DNA of 64,000 nucleotides from Candidatus Dojkabacteria bacterium. GTDB taxonomy: Bacteria > Patescibacteriota > Dojkabacteria > JAHIVN01. Below are positions 40,684 to 51,668 of the stretch, piece by piece. Made by a program: the position numbers and the translations under genes. The stretch's first letter is position 1. Each line of letters starts with the position of its first letter. Under the pieces are notes generated by a model, which saw only the letters and a program-made list of their open reading frames with translations, was not told where the DNA came from and searched no databases. The stretch spans positions 36,739-100,738 of the forward strand of contig JAFGDO010000005.1 in the NCBI GenBank assembly GCA_016932045.1, given 5' to 3'.

Positions 40684-43668
40684 ATGAAAAACAATAAACA
40701 AATCAACAAACTTATTATCAAAGGTGCCCGAGAGCACAATCTGCAAAATATAAGCATCGAAATTCCAAAAGATAAATTGGTTGTAATTACAGGTATCTCC
40801 GGATCAGGCAAGTCCTCACTTGCTTTTGACACTATCTATGCAGAGGGACAACGCAGGTACGTTGAGTCTTTGTCAGCCTATGCCAGACAATTCCTCGGCA
40901 TGATGAAAAAACCTGATGTTGATTATATAGAAGGACTCTCCCCTGCTATTTCAATCGACCAAAAAACTGCAAGTCATAACCCAAGATCTACAGTCGGTAC
41001 TATTACTGAAATTTACGACTATTTAAGACTTCTTTTTGCAAGGGCAGGACATCCTCATTGTCCAGAATGCGGAAGGCGTGTCAGTTCACAAAGTGTACAA
41101 GATATAGTTGATTCGATTTTACGATTTAGAGGGAAGATCCTTATACTAGCCCCTGTTGTTAAAAAGCGAAAAGGGACTTATGAAGAATTGTTTCAGCGAT
41201 TATTTTCGAAAGGATATGTAAGAGTCCGTGTTGATGAAGAAGTACACAATTTAGAAGAAGACATAAAACTAGAACGTTACAAACTTCATAACATTGAAGT
41301 AGTCATAGACAGATTAATAATTGATAATGACTCGAGAAAAGACAAAGAATTGCTAAAGCGTTTAACTGATTCTGTAGAATCCGCACTGAATCTTGGTGAA
41401 GGAGAAATTATTGTGAATCAACTACCTGGAAAAAGCAATAAGCGAACAGAAAAAAGCGATATCCTTTATTCAGAGAACTTTTCGTGTCCAGCATGTGACA
41501 TATCATTTGAAGAGATAGAACCTCACACATTTTCTTTCAACTCGCCATATGGTGCATGTCCATCCTGTGACGGCTTGGGTACAATTAAGAAGGTTGATCC
41601 AGAACTTATTTATAATCCTAACCTTTCTATAACTGAGGGGGGGATCTTTCCATGGAGCAGAATGGCAGACAATATGAGTTCATGGACGATGAGCTTGGTG
41701 AGAGCAGTTGCAGAAAAGTATAAATTTTCAATTCGAATCCCGATTCGAGAAATGAAAAACGAAGACCTAAATAAAATTCTCTATGGATCCGGTAATGAAA
41801 GATTTACTGTCACACACTCGGGATCGAACAGCGGTTTTGAGGGAACTTTCCAGGCACGTTTTGAAGGAGTTATTCCTAACCTTGAAAGAAGATATAAGCA
41901 GACAGATTCAGAGTATATCCGCCGTGAAATAGAACAATATATGAGAGAGCTTCCATGCTCGAAATGCGAAGGTAAAAAATTAAGACCCGAAGCTCTTGCA
42001 GTTACCATCAGAAAAAAGAATGTTTATGATGTTACAACTTTTTCCATAAAAGAAGCTTTAAAATGGATTTCTTCACTTAAGAAAAGAGAGCAAGTTGATG
42101 ATGACCTTTCAGATCAGGAAAGGCTAATAGCTAAACAAGTATTAAAAGAAATTATTACACGGTTAAACTTTTTAGTTTCGGTTGGACTTGACTATCTTAC
42201 TCTTTATCGAACAGCTAGAACATTATCCGGAGGAGAAGCACAGAGAATACGCTTAGCAAGCCAAATTGGTACTGGTCTTTCAGGTGTTCTGTATGTTTTG
42301 GATGAACCTTCAATCGGACTTCACCAGAAAGATAATCAGAAACTTATTGATACATTAAAAAACTTACGCGATATAGGCAATACTGTAATTGTCGTAGAGC
42401 ATGATGAAGCAACCATACGTCAATCTGACCATATAATAGATATTGGACCTGGGGCTGGAGTACATGGAGGGAAGGTCATAGTAGAAGGACAGGTTAGTGA
42501 TATTGAAAAGTCGAAAAAGTCACTGACCGGAAACTATTTATCCGGAAGACGAAAGATTACCAAAGAGTTAATACTTAAAGAAGCAGAAAAAGTTGCAGCA
42601 AAGAATGGATTCCACCAAGTCATGAATAAAAGACCATTTGACAAGAAATTAAAAAACCATCCAACAATCCAGCCATCAGGCCAACTAACCATCAAGAACG
42701 TCTCACACCATAACTTGAAGGGCATAGATGTTACTTTTCCACTTAGCAAATTCATCTGTATCACTGGTGTGTCCGGAAGTGGAAAGTCGTCGCTTTTAAA
42801 TGAAACTGTTTACCCGGCCCTTGCACACGAAATATACAACTCCAAATTAAAGCCGGGAAAATTTGAATCAATTGAAGGACTTGAGAATTTAGATAAGGTT
42901 GTGAGTATAGATCAATCACCAATAGGAAGAACACCAAGATCAAATCCAGCCACATATACTGGCGTCTTCACACCAATAAGAGAATTGTTTTCAAAAACAC
43001 GTGAAGCAAAAGCAAGGGGTTATAAGCCCGGTAGGTTCAGCTTTAACGTAAAAAGAGGAAGATGTGAAAGCTGTCAGGGGGACGGACTGATTAAGATCGA
43101 AATGCAGTTCCTTCCTGATGTTTATGTACCTTGCGAAGTCTGCAAGGGAGAGAGGTATAACCGAGAGACCTTGCAGATAGACTACAAAGGAAAAAATATC
43201 GCAGAAGTGCTGGATATGACTGTTGAGCAAGCTTTGGAATTCTTTCGGAATATTCCCTCAATTAAGAATAAGCTACAGACACTAAATGATGTCGGACTTG
43301 CTTACATCAAACTCGGCCAAAGTGCCCTTACACTTTCAGGTGGAGAAGCGCAACGTGTAAAATTAGCAACCGAATTATCCAAAAGATCAACAGGCAGTAC
43401 GATTTATATACTTGATGAACCAACTACAGGCTTACACTTTTTTGATATAGAAAAACTTCTAGTAGTATTACACTCACTTGTAGCTAAGGGGAATACGGTT
43501 ATGGTAATTGAGCATAATCTAGATGTAATAAAAACAGCTGACTGGATAATCGACCTCGGTCCTGAAGGGGGAGAGAAGGGGGGAGAAATAATTGCTGAAG
43601 GAACTCCGGAAGATATTACTAAGATTGAAAGAAGCTATACAGGACAGTGGTTAAAAAAAGTAGTTTAG
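40684..43668 (+). CDS. uvrA: Excinuclease ABC subunit A
   Basis: 994 aa with two ABC ATPase modules ([46 protein letters not shown]), zinc-finger Cys pairs and two LSGGE signature motifs. It is collinear with UvrA throughout. Confidence 0.95.
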   Translation: MKNNKQINKLIIKGAREHNLQNISIEIPKDKLVVITGISGSGKSSLAFDTIYAEGQRRYVESLSAYARQFLGMMKKPDVDYIEGLSPAISIDQKTASHNPRSTVGTITEIYDYLRLLFARAGHPHCPECGRRVSSQSVQDIVDSILRFRGKILILAPVVKKRKGTYEELFQRLFSKGYVRVRVDEEVHNLEEDIKLERYKLHNIEVVIDRLIIDNDSRKDKELLKRLTDSVESALNLGEGEIIVNQLPGKSNKRTEKSDILYSENFSCPACDISFEEIEPHTFSFNSPYGACPSCDGLGTIKKVDPELIYNPNLSITEGGIFPWSRMADNMSSWTMSLVRAVAEKYKFSIRIPIREMKNEDLNKILYGSGNERFTVTHSGSNSGFEGTFQARFEGVIPNLERRYKQTDSEYIRREIEQYMRELPCSKCEGKKLRPEALAVTIRKKNVYDVTTFSIKEALKWISSLKKREQVDDDLSDQERLIAKQVLKEIITRLNFLVSVGLDYLTLYRTARTLSGGEAQRIRLASQIGTGLSGVLYVLDEPSIGLHQKDNQKLIDTLKNLRDIGNTVIVVEHDEATIRQSDHIIDIGPGAGVHGGKVIVEGQVSDIEKSKKSLTGNYLSGRRKITKELILKEAEKVAAKNGFHQVMNKRPFDKKLKNHPTIQPSGQLTIKNVSHHNLKGIDVTFPLSKFICITGVSGSGKSSLLNETVYPALAHEIYNSKLKPGKFESIEGLENLDKVVSIDQSPIGRTPRSNPATYTGVFTPIRELFSKTREAKARGYKPGRFSFNVKRGRCESCQGDGLIKIEMQFLPDVYVPCEVCKGERYNRETLQIDYKGKNIAEVLDMTVEQALEFFRNIPSIKNKLQTLNDVGLAYIKLGQSALTLSGGEAQRVKLATELSKRSTGSTIYILDEPTTGLHFFDIEKLLVVLHSLVAKGNTVMVIEHNLDVIKTADWIIDLGPEGGEKGGEIIAEGTPEDITKIERSYTGQWLKKVV

Positions 43669-43690
43669 GAATTGACTTCATACCTCGAAA

Positions 43691-43972
43691 TTATTTTTTT
43701 AGTTGCTCAATAATTTCTCTAGTTCTCCTAGACATTACAATTCCCAATCCAAATAACAAAGTACCACTGATAATAATCCCGATGTTTCCGGTTAAACTTG
43801 GTAAACTCTCAGCTTGAAAAGACACACGACTCAATAATTCAGGTGAATTCTTTACAACTTCACTTATTACTCCTGTACCAGCCATCACAACTCCAACTAC
43901 CTTAACCAGAGCACTACCAATCCTATAGCTTTGAGTCCCTGCATTTTCAACCAAAGAATCAATTTGTTCCAT
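43691..43972 (-). CDS. Small hypothetical membrane protein
   Basis: 93 aa with two hydrophobic helices and no motif. Confidence 0.35.
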   Translation of the reverse strand: MEQIDSLVENAGTQSYRIGSALVKVVGVVMAGTGVISEVVKNSPELLSRVSFQAESLPSLTGNIGIIISGTLLFGLGIVMSRRTREIIEQLKK

Positions 43973-44079
43973 TAAGAAATTATAAATAATGTAAACTAAT
44001 AAATTCTTTCTTCACATATTATTCACTTTATTTCGCAACGTACTTTTCCATATAAGCGGTCTTTAATCAAAATGAAAGA

Positions 44080-44598
44080 CTAGTCTTCACTTTTTACCAT
44101 CTGTATCCTTTCAAAAGAAGCTATTTTTAACCATGTAAGAGCTCCATAGTTAAGCAAATTGGTAGAAAGAGCTAATAACGCTATTTTCATAAAGTAATTA
44201 CGAATATTCATATCAGGATACTTAAGGGTATCTATTAAAACTGCTGAAGCAGATGGAATTGTAAGAATTAATCCGACAACAGCCATATATCCTGATCTCT
44301 TTATAGCGTGAGCTAGATTATATTCCGCGTTAGAATCAAAATTAACCTCATTTATACCCTTTTTGAAGTTCACTCCCATTTCAGCGTACCCCTGAGCTTC
44401 TTTAAGAATGCCCGACCTCCCGAGAACAAATGAAGGCACAACCATCAAAGCAGCAACAGTCTTTTGGATGAAACCGGGGCCATCAGCATTTTCTGTACCG
44501 GTATCACTATTTGTACCGTAAAACATATTTAAAGCTTTTGCTTCAACTCCCCATAAATCAATTCCTATTGATTGCTGTCGAGTGGTTTGTTCTTCCAT
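44080..44598 (-). CDS. Hypothetical membrane protein
   Basis: 172 aa with 3 predicted TM helices and no motif. Confidence 0.4.
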   Translation of the reverse strand: MEEQTTRQQSIGIDLWGVEAKALNMFYGTNSDTGTENADGPGFIQKTVAALMVVPSFVLGRSGILKEAQGYAEMGVNFKKGINEVNFDSNAEYNLAHAIKRSGYMAVVGLILTIPSASAVLIDTLKYPDMNIRNYFMKIALLALSTNLLNYGALTWLKIASFERIQMVKSED

Positions 44599-44800
44599 TT
44601 ATAGAATGAATTAAGAATAAAATCAGGATCATACGAATTATATTACAAAACACTAAGCATATCAACACTATGGGCCCAACACCTATTCTACATCTACACC
44701 ACTGTGTATTTGATTATTAAATATCGGTAATTGTTGATTGTAGATCGATATATTACCTTTTGCTATTTGCCTTAAGCCTTTCCCTTGCTATAATACCTTC

Positions 44801-45352
44801 ATGCAGATAAAAATCTTCAACGAGACAAAATACAGGATTCCTGACAAATTAATCAAACGAATAGAAATGGTATTTCAAGACCCATCTTCACCTGATAATT
44901 TAGTCATAAAATCCTTAGATCGTTTCATCATTTCTTCATCTCAAGTATCAATCAATTTAGTTGCCCAAACCCCCAAATCAATTACCAAACTCAATAGAGA
45001 GCTTTTTAACAGAAACGGATCAACTGATGTAATAGCAGTAAATCAACAATCAGCTATCAGCCGCCAGCTACAAGCTAAGCCCAAAATCACCAAATCAACT
45101 AAATCTACCAAATTACCTGGATCAATCAGTCCATCTAGATCGCTCCTTGGCGACCTATACATCTGTCCATCAGTAATTGCTGCAAACGCCCGAAAGTACA
45201 AGGTAAGCTACAGCGAAGAACTTGCAAGGATTATCATACATGGTATATTACACCTACTTGGGGTCGATCATAAGAAAAGTTTTGGAGAGTCGAGGGAGAA
45301 GATGTTTAGAATGCAGGAGATGCTAGTTGATAGCTTAAAGTTATACATCTAG
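44801..45352 (+). CDS. ybeY: rRNA maturation endoribonuclease YbeY, with an internal insertion
   Basis: C-terminal zinc motif IIIHGILHLLGVDH (H.x.H.....H). A roughly 60-aa Ser/Lys-rich insertion lies in the middle. Confidence 0.7.
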   Translation: MQIKIFNETKYRIPDKLIKRIEMVFQDPSSPDNLVIKSLDRFIISSSQVSINLVAQTPKSITKLNRELFNRNGSTDVIAVNQQSAISRQLQAKPKITKSTKSTKLPGSISPSRSLLGDLYICPSVIAANARKYKVSYSEELARIIIHGILHLLGVDHKKSFGESREKMFRMQEMLVDSLKLYI

Positions 45353-45424
45353 TCCATTTAAAACTTTCAACTTATATTGCAAAATTCATAACTGATAACT
45401 TATATCTTTAATGTTCATCCAAAG

Positions 45425-47464
45425 ATGAAACAATTCTTAAAAAATCACTGGGACGAAGTTACTATCCTAGCAATCACAGCATTAATATCAGCAGTAATCT
45501 TTATTCCATTTTTTGTAAACAATTCCTTAGACAAATTCGACACACCAGGTCTTTTGTCACTCAGCTGGTTTATACGAGAATACACCTTTCCGGACTTTCA
45601 AGGCTGGAATCCTTACTTCTTTGCAGGATTTCCGCAGGGAATTCTGTATCCGCCACTTTTTCACTGGCTTGTAGCCTTGCTTGGAAAAGTTTTTCATCTA
45701 TCCGTTGCATACAAACTAATCATAACAGCTGCAGCAGCTTTTATCCCGTTTTCTATTTATGAGTTCAGTTTGAGAATTTTCAGACAAAAAACTTGGTCAA
45801 TATTAAATACTATAGCTTTACTTATAACTCTTACAGTACTACCGGGTTATCTTGGATTTAATTTCGATGGGGTTTTTGATTACGGCCTAGGACCAAGTTT
45901 TGTAACCATCCCCTTGTTCTTTGGCTACCTTGCGTTACTTTTAGAGAGGAAAAAGAATATAAAGTTTATGTCTTGTCTTTTCAGTTTAATGCTCCTTACA
46001 AATCTCGTTGCACCCTTTGTCGCTGGTATAATTACAATAGTATATTTCTTGTTGAAATTAAATAGAGCAAAGCAATTATTTATGAAGCTTGCCAAATTTG
46101 GACTTTTGAGTCTGCTTCTTACTCTATTTTGGATAATTCCCTATCTTGTGTTTAGGCAGTATACAGCCTCAGGTTTTCCCCCAATGAGATCAAATCTTAT
46201 TATTTCAGGAATTGCTCTTTTCGGATCAATAGGCAGTCTAGCTTTTATCATCTGGAAGGGTGAAGAATCGAAAAGAAAATCTTTTTTGGCATTATTAATA
46301 CCTGCTATTCTTATATCTGCTTTAAATGTAATCGACTCAAGGATTAGTATCTCTATACCTCCTATCCACCCGTTCAGGCTTCAAATATTCTCATTCATTC
46401 CTGTCGCATCTGCTGTTATATATGTGATTCAAATACTTCACCCATCTTTCTTAAAACTAGGGATGAGGTTAAAGATCATGAAGTTTTTACAGCGCAATGT
46501 ACATATAAGTTTCAATCTTTTCTTTGTTTGTTTTTGTCTAATCTTTCTTCTCATAATCCGGCTTAATCCCAGTGGGGTAGATGAGGTAGAACTTGCAAAC
46601 GAATTAGATTGGGAGGGAAGGATTATGCGTGCTTATAAAGTTACCGAAGTTCTAGACCAGTCAAGATCAGTAATAGATAGATCGGTAATGAAAAAAGAGT
46701 ACAAATTTGCAGTAGACGGATTACTAAAAGAATCAAGCTATCTTGCACCATACTACCAATCATTGTCGAAAAGTCTAAACCCGGAAAACTTCACTTGGGA
46801 AAAACTTGATCAGAAATATATCGAAAACAAGCAGGTCCCAGAAGAAAGAACGAAGTATCTTATGAACTTGCTTTGGGTCAAAAGTCTGTTCGTGATTGAT
46901 GAGAATTTTCCTAATTGCGAGAATTTCAAAAAAATATCTCAATTCAAATCAAACTCAAAAAACGAGGGCATACGTGATATAGAAATGTACATCTGCTCCT
47001 ATCCTTACTCTTTAAATAGTAACCTTGTTGAGATGGTTACGGAAAAGCCAAAAGTAGTAGAGAACAATTGGAATAACGCAGTAGATGAGTGGTGGATAAG
47101 TGATAACCAAGAACTATTTACAGACAAAGAAGTTGTTACAAATACAAATATTCCGGTTAATTTTATTCCGGATGTAGAATTTAGTGATGATTACCAGAAA
47201 GTATATATAAGCACAGGAGTCAACGAGGAAATTCCATTCCTTGTAAAAATGAGCTACTTCCCAAAATGGAAAGCATATGACAAAGATGGAAATAGGGTAG
47301 AGATATATAGAACGTCCCCAAATCTTATGATTGTACCTGTAAATGATAAAGTTACTTTAAAATATGAGACAACAATTATTGAGTGGGTTACCTTTGTGAT
47401 TTCAGTAATCAGCTGGAGCAGTCTAGTAGTAATATCAGTTGCCAGAAAGATTAAAGGAATATAA
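45425..47464 (+). CDS. Large polytopic membrane protein with YfhO/GT-C-like architecture (putative membrane glycosyltransferase)
   Basis: 679 aa with about 12 N-terminal TM helices, a roughly 250-aa soluble domain and a terminal TM helix. Only the architecture fits YfhO-type proteins; no diagnostic motif was read. Confidence 0.45.
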   Translation: MKQFLKNHWDEVTILAITALISAVIFIPFFVNNSLDKFDTPGLLSLSWFIREYTFPDFQGWNPYFFAGFPQGILYPPLFHWLVALLGKVFHLSVAYKLIITAAAAFIPFSIYEFSLRIFRQKTWSILNTIALLITLTVLPGYLGFNFDGVFDYGLGPSFVTIPLFFGYLALLLERKKNIKFMSCLFSLMLLTNLVAPFVAGIITIVYFLLKLNRAKQLFMKLAKFGLLSLLLTLFWIIPYLVFRQYTASGFPPMRSNLIISGIALFGSIGSLAFIIWKGEESKRKSFLALLIPAILISALNVIDSRISISIPPIHPFRLQIFSFIPVASAVIYVIQILHPSFLKLGMRLKIMKFLQRNVHISFNLFFVCFCLIFLLIIRLNPSGVDEVELANELDWEGRIMRAYKVTEVLDQSRSVIDRSVMKKEYKFAVDGLLKESSYLAPYYQSLSKSLNPENFTWEKLDQKYIENKQVPEERTKYLMNLLWVKSLFVIDENFPNCENFKKISQFKSNSKNEGIRDIEMYICSYPYSLNSNLVEMVTEKPKVVENNWNNAVDEWWISDNQELFTDKEVVTNTNIPVNFIPDVEFSDDYQKVYISTGVNEEIPFLVKMSYFPKWKAYDKDGNRVEIYRTSPNLMIVPVNDKVTLKYETTIIEWVTFVISVISWSSLVVISVARKIKGI

Positions 47465-47502
47465 CAAAGGGTCTTTCAATTTCTAAGATCGTATATAAAA
47501 AC

Positions 47503-47769
47503 TCATTTAACAGAAATTGATATCTGACAGCTAAACCCGATCATGCGTCCACCAATTCCATCATACACTCCTGAACTTTCAGTCTTCGCCCCAGCTTGTT
47601 CTGCGACTACTATAACAGCACTAGAAGCCTGTTCAACGATATCTTTATGCATACCACTAACTACCACATTTCCTCCTTGAAATATATCCACCTTAACATC
47701 AAAAGGTTTACCTGCTTCAGCTGCTTCGTGAATAATAGCCTGTAATGTCTCAGCTTGCTCGACCATCAT
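47503..47769 (-). CDS. Small hypothetical protein
   Basis: 88-aa ORF with an alternating hydrophobic beta-strand pattern (DVKVDIFQGGNVVVSG...AVIVVAEQAG). A SpoVS-like assignment was considered but is not supported. Confidence 0.35.
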   Translation of the reverse strand: MMVEQAETLQAIIHEAAEAGKPFDVKVDIFQGGNVVVSGMHKDIVEQASSAVIVVAEQAGAKTESSGVYDGIGGRMIGFSCQISISVK

Positions 47770-47928
47770 AGGTCGTCTCTTTATGAAATATAAAACATTG
47801 GCTTCATTATATCCTTGTTAGTGATATAAAGACAATCGCTACGTTATATACATAATATATTTGCGCGGCCTTTCAACTATACTTTTTCTATTGCAACAAC
47901 ACAAGGTAAGTATCTAAAAACACTGAAT

Positions 47929-48714
47929 ATGAAAATTATCCTTTTAGCTGATAAAAATAGCTTAAGAAAAATACCCTCAAGCAATCAAATGTTTCTTGAG
48001 GGCTGCATCAAAATGTTCAGCGATTATAACAGGAGAAAAGAAGTCGAGATTCAATGTCCAGAGAATATCAAAAAAAAGATAAAAAAATTATTCCCTAAAT
48101 TCCCTGTTTTTACTGAACCCATACAAAAAGGAACTGCTCCAGCAATAGGACTTGCTATGACGCGAGTATATTTATCAAACCCCAACGAAACTGTAGTAAT
48201 TGTCTATACTGACCACCCTGTAAGTTATAAAAGTAAACTTTTAACTGCTTTTAAAACAGGAGAAACTTTTTGCAAAGGTTTAAAAAGATCCATTCTCTTA
48301 GGAGTAAATCCCACATTCCCTGCAACCAAATATGGTTACCTCAAAATAGGAAAAGTACTTCAAACAATGAATGGTTCAATAGTATTTGAAATGATTGATT
48401 TTTGTGAAAAACCAAGTAAGCAGAAGGCAGAAGAATTTTTAAAATCCTGGCGTTACCTTTGGAATACAGGATATTTAATTGCAAAACCAAAAGATATTCT
48501 TAAGATTTATCAAGTTGCATTACCAAAAATTTACAAGGGATTGATGACTATAAGAGAGTCAACCGGAACGAACATTGAAAAAAAGATTGCCTATACAGTA
48601 TTTAAGAATTTTACTTCTACTTCAATCGACAAAGGCATTTATGAGAAGATGAAGAAGAACAAGGTGGGAATAATCCCAATCGATTTGGGTATTCGAGATT
48701 TCGAAGATTTCTAA
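47929..48714 (+). CDS. ManC-like sugar-phosphate nucleotidyltransferase with a degenerate N-terminal Gly-rich loop
   Basis: FTEPIQKGTAPAIGLA...VVIVYTDHPV...ILLGVNPTFPATKYGYLKIG aligns with the mannose-1-phosphate guanylyltransferase segment EPAGRNTAPAIALAA...LVLAADHVI...VTFGIVPDLPETGYGYI. The GGxGxRLWP motif is replaced by LLADKNSLRKIP. Confidence 0.55.
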   Translation: MKIILLADKNSLRKIPSSNQMFLEGCIKMFSDYNRRKEVEIQCPENIKKKIKKLFPKFPVFTEPIQKGTAPAIGLAMTRVYLSNPNETVVIVYTDHPVSYKSKLLTAFKTGETFCKGLKRSILLGVNPTFPATKYGYLKIGKVLQTMNGSIVFEMIDFCEKPSKQKAEEFLKSWRYLWNTGYLIAKPKDILKIYQVALPKIYKGLMTIRESTGTNIEKKIAYTVFKNFTSTSIDKGIYEKMKKNKVGIIPIDLGIRDFEDF

Positions 48715-48742
48715 AATTAATTTTAATTTTTACTTTTGTGCC

Positions 48743-49747
48743 ATGAAAAAAATCATAACAGCTTCAGCTCCTGGAAGAATAGACCTTTCCGGTGGAGCAA
48801 CAGATTGGTGTGGAATGCATACAATGTCAATAGCCATAAACCTTCGAACATATGCAAAAGTAACAAGATTAAAAGATTCTAAAAAGGTTCAAATCAAAAT
48901 AGGGGAGCTTGAGGAGGAATATTCAAGACCAAGATATGGTACAAAGCTTGATTTATTTAAAGCAGTAATTGAACTGTCAAAACTAAAAGGTTTTAGAGTT
49001 GAGTATCAAACTGATATTCCCAGGGGCTCGGGTTTAGGAGGGTCTGCACCCTTGACAGTCTCAACACTTTTTGCTCTAAATGAACTATATGACCAAAAGT
49101 GGAACAAGTATTACATTGCAGAACTAGCTCAAAGGGCCGAAACATTAAAACTCGAAACTGTAAACGGATACCAGGATCAGTATACTGCAACATTTGGTGG
49201 TCTCATATTCATGGATTTTGAAGGCAAGGAGTGTCAAAAAGGTAAATACAGTAAACCAATTAACGAAGAACCCTATACTGTAGTTGAGAATCTAACAGAG
49301 TATCTCCCCGACTTCCATATAATTGTAGCGGTTCCTGAAATCACAAGAAAAAGTTCTAATGAAACAAACAGCTCTGTTAGTGCAAGGTTCTTAAACGGCG
49401 AAAAAGAAATTGTTGATAAGATGACACTTAAAGCACAGTTAACTCAAGAAGCGAAAAAAGCACTAATTGACGGGCGAATGAATGATCTATACAAGCTGAT
49501 CAATCAGAATAATGACATCATGAGAAGCTTTGGATTTGTATCCGATGATAATGAAAAAATAATTGAGGTAGCAAGTATAAACGGAGCACTGGCATGTAAA
49601 ACCTGTGGAGCGGGTAGGGGAGCAGTCGCAATTTTTGCAAAGGACAAAAAACACCAAGTAAAAATATTCGAAGCCTTAAAGCCTACTGTCGAGCATATCT
49701 TCAAAATAAAAATTGCCAAGGGGGTAAGAATTGAAAAGAAAAAATAG
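48743..49747 (+). CDS. GHMP-family sugar kinase (HddA/fucokinase-like)
   Basis: PGRIDLSGGATDW (motif 1), IPRGSGLGGSAPLTVSTLFAL (ATP-binding motif 2) and KTCGAGRGAVAIF (motif 3). Confidence 0.75.
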   Translation: MKKIITASAPGRIDLSGGATDWCGMHTMSIAINLRTYAKVTRLKDSKKVQIKIGELEEEYSRPRYGTKLDLFKAVIELSKLKGFRVEYQTDIPRGSGLGGSAPLTVSTLFALNELYDQKWNKYYIAELAQRAETLKLETVNGYQDQYTATFGGLIFMDFEGKECQKGKYSKPINEEPYTVVENLTEYLPDFHIIVAVPEITRKSSNETNSSVSARFLNGEKEIVDKMTLKAQLTQEAKKALIDGRMNDLYKLINQNNDIMRSFGFVSDDNEKIIEVASINGALACKTCGAGRGAVAIFAKDKKHQVKIFEALKPTVEHIFKIKIAKGVRIEKKK

Positions 49748-49763
49748 GAAATACAAGCTAATA

Positions 49764-50510
49764 ATGTTCGATATTGATGGCGTTTTAAATAAGCACGGTG
49801 ACAACATCCAAAATACAAGCAAAGAGGCGATCAGAATTTTGCGTCGTCAAGGGATAATGGTCTGTTTTGCTTCCGGAAAACATGCTTGGTACATACAAGG
49901 TGGTTTAATCTGGAGCGGATTACTAAGACAGGATACATTAATTGTAGCTGAAAACGGTGGAGTAATATATAAGCCTTCTACAAGAAAGACTATCCTTGAG
50001 GATAAGTATATTCAAGATGTACAGCTACTAAGGAGTATTTTTTATAATCTCTATTCAAAAGACGAAGGATTTTTAAACTTTGCTGGTCTTACTGTCTGGG
50101 AGGAACCGAAAGAAACTTTGTTCTGCCTATACCCAAAAGATGCTAAAGATGTTCAAAGACTTGCTGAAATTCTTGAAGAAATTGTAAAGGTTAATCGACT
50201 AAACCTATACTTAGTTGAGAATCCCGACTCAGTTGATGTCCTACAAAAAGGAATAAATAAATCAACAGGCCTCAAACATATCTGTGACTGGCTGGGGGTT
50301 GATTTTGATGAGATAATAGCTGTTGGTGATAGTTACAATGATATTGAAATGCTAAAGGATGTCGGTTTTGGTATTACTCTTGAGAATGGAAAACCCGAAG
50401 TAAAGAAAGTTGTTAAATTCAAAAGAGGGAGGGGATTGATCACGAAGAATTCATATGGTGAGGGAGTTCTAGAGGCAGTTAAATGCCTGATAAATAAAAG
50501 AATTATCTAA
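49764..50510 (+). CDS. HAD-superfamily phosphatase, Cof-like (subfamily IIB)
   Basis: MFDIDGVLN (motif I DxDG), FASGK, and GDSYNDIEML (motif IV). The track ORF starts at TTG 49731, overlapping the kinase gene; ATG 49764 is preferred. Confidence 0.7.
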   Translation: MFDIDGVLNKHGDNIQNTSKEAIRILRRQGIMVCFASGKHAWYIQGGLIWSGLLRQDTLIVAENGGVIYKPSTRKTILEDKYIQDVQLLRSIFYNLYSKDEGFLNFAGLTVWEEPKETLFCLYPKDAKDVQRLAEILEEIVKVNRLNLYLVENPDSVDVLQKGINKSTGLKHICDWLGVDFDEIIAVGDSYNDIEMLKDVGFGITLENGKPEVKKVVKFKRGRGLITKNSYGEGVLEAVKCLINKRII

Positions 50511-50638
50511 AAATTAAAAGTCAATTTAATACTTGACCTCTACTAAAATTTCTTCTATGATATATAGTTGAAATGCCCCAGAAATAAAATATTCATTCTC
50601 TATAGCAAAGTAATATTTATTTTCTACACTATTTACTA

Positions 50639-51562
50639 TTGATGTTAAAAGTCACTAACCTAACAAAAAATTACGGTCAGACAAAGGCTCTTGATAAAGT
50701 TACATTTTCAGTAGAGAAAGGCAAAATTACAGCTTTTTTGGGACCTAATGGTGCAGGGAAAACAACAACAATGCGCATTCTTACAGGCTTTTTACTTCCA
50801 GAGTCCGGTAAAATCACTTTTGATGAAAGGTCTTTAAAACTAAAACTTTCCGAAATTATCAATGAAATAGGATATTTGCCCGAGAATAACCCGATGTATT
50901 CAAACCTTCGTGTTGATGAATTCTTAAAATGGATAGCACAGATGAAAGGAGCTCACCATTCAGAGAATCTTTTAGAAATCGCGGAGAAATGCGGCATAGA
51001 TAAGGTACTTGATAAGGAGATTGATACTTTGTCAAAAGGATACAAGCAGAGAGTAGGGCTTGCAAAAGCATTAATAGGAGAACCTAATTATCTTATTCTT
51101 GATGAGCCGACTGAGGGACTGGATCCAAATCAAAAACAGGAAATTCTTAAGCTGATAAAGGAAGTCTCAAAGGAGAAAACTATTCTTTTTAGCTCACATG
51201 TCTTATCTGAAGTAACACAAGTAGCTCACAATGTAATCATTATAAACAAAGGGAAAGTAGTAGCCGAAGGAAACAAGGAAGCATTGCTGAAAGAACATCT
51301 AAAGAACGCAACAATTAAGATTGCAACTGATGCACCTACAACTAAACTGAGACAAACCTTGCAGAAAATAAAAACTATAGAAGCCATAGCAAAAACCACA
51401 AATAGACGAACTGGGTTTAATGAGTATACAATAGGCTGTAAGGATCCCGAAGAAACAGCTTTGAAAATATTTGAAAATATTGTGCGGAATAAATGGAAAT
51501 TAACGGAATTACACACTGAGTCCTTAGGTCTTGAAGAACTATTTACAGAATTGACAAAGTAA
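50639..51562 (+). CDS. ABC transporter ATP-binding protein (ABC-2 / GldA-like)
   Basis: GPNGAGKTTTMRIL (Walker A), LSKGYKQRVGLAKAL (signature) and ILDEPTEGLD (Walker B). Confidence 0.85.
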   Translation: MMLKVTNLTKNYGQTKALDKVTFSVEKGKITAFLGPNGAGKTTTMRILTGFLLPESGKITFDERSLKLKLSEIINEIGYLPENNPMYSNLRVDEFLKWIAQMKGAHHSENLLEIAEKCGIDKVLDKEIDTLSKGYKQRVGLAKALIGEPNYLILDEPTEGLDPNQKQEILKLIKEVSKEKTILFSSHVLSEVTQVAHNVIIINKGKVVAEGNKEALLKEHLKNATIKIATDAPTTKLRQTLQKIKTIEAIAKTTNRRTGFNEYTIGCKDPEETALKIFENIVRNKWKLTELHTESLGLEELFTELTK

Positions 51563-51668
51563 ATGGGAATTAGGTTCTATATTCTTGTTCCGGGCTCCAG
51601 CCTGGAAAACTGTTGAATAAATTTAAACATATAAGTTTCAAGCTTGAGCTTGGAACTAGAGTTAATAA

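Noticed and set aside
40641-40832. 63-aa minus-strand ORF in the track overlapping the uvrA start
   Set aside because: It overlaps the well-supported uvrA N-terminus and the upstream hairpin. It is short, with no coding signal.
47503-47769. SpoVS-like assignment for the 88-aa minus-strand ORF
   Set aside because: Only a vague alternating-hydrophobic pattern is shared with SpoVS. No convincing aligned motif was found, so it is left as hypothetical.
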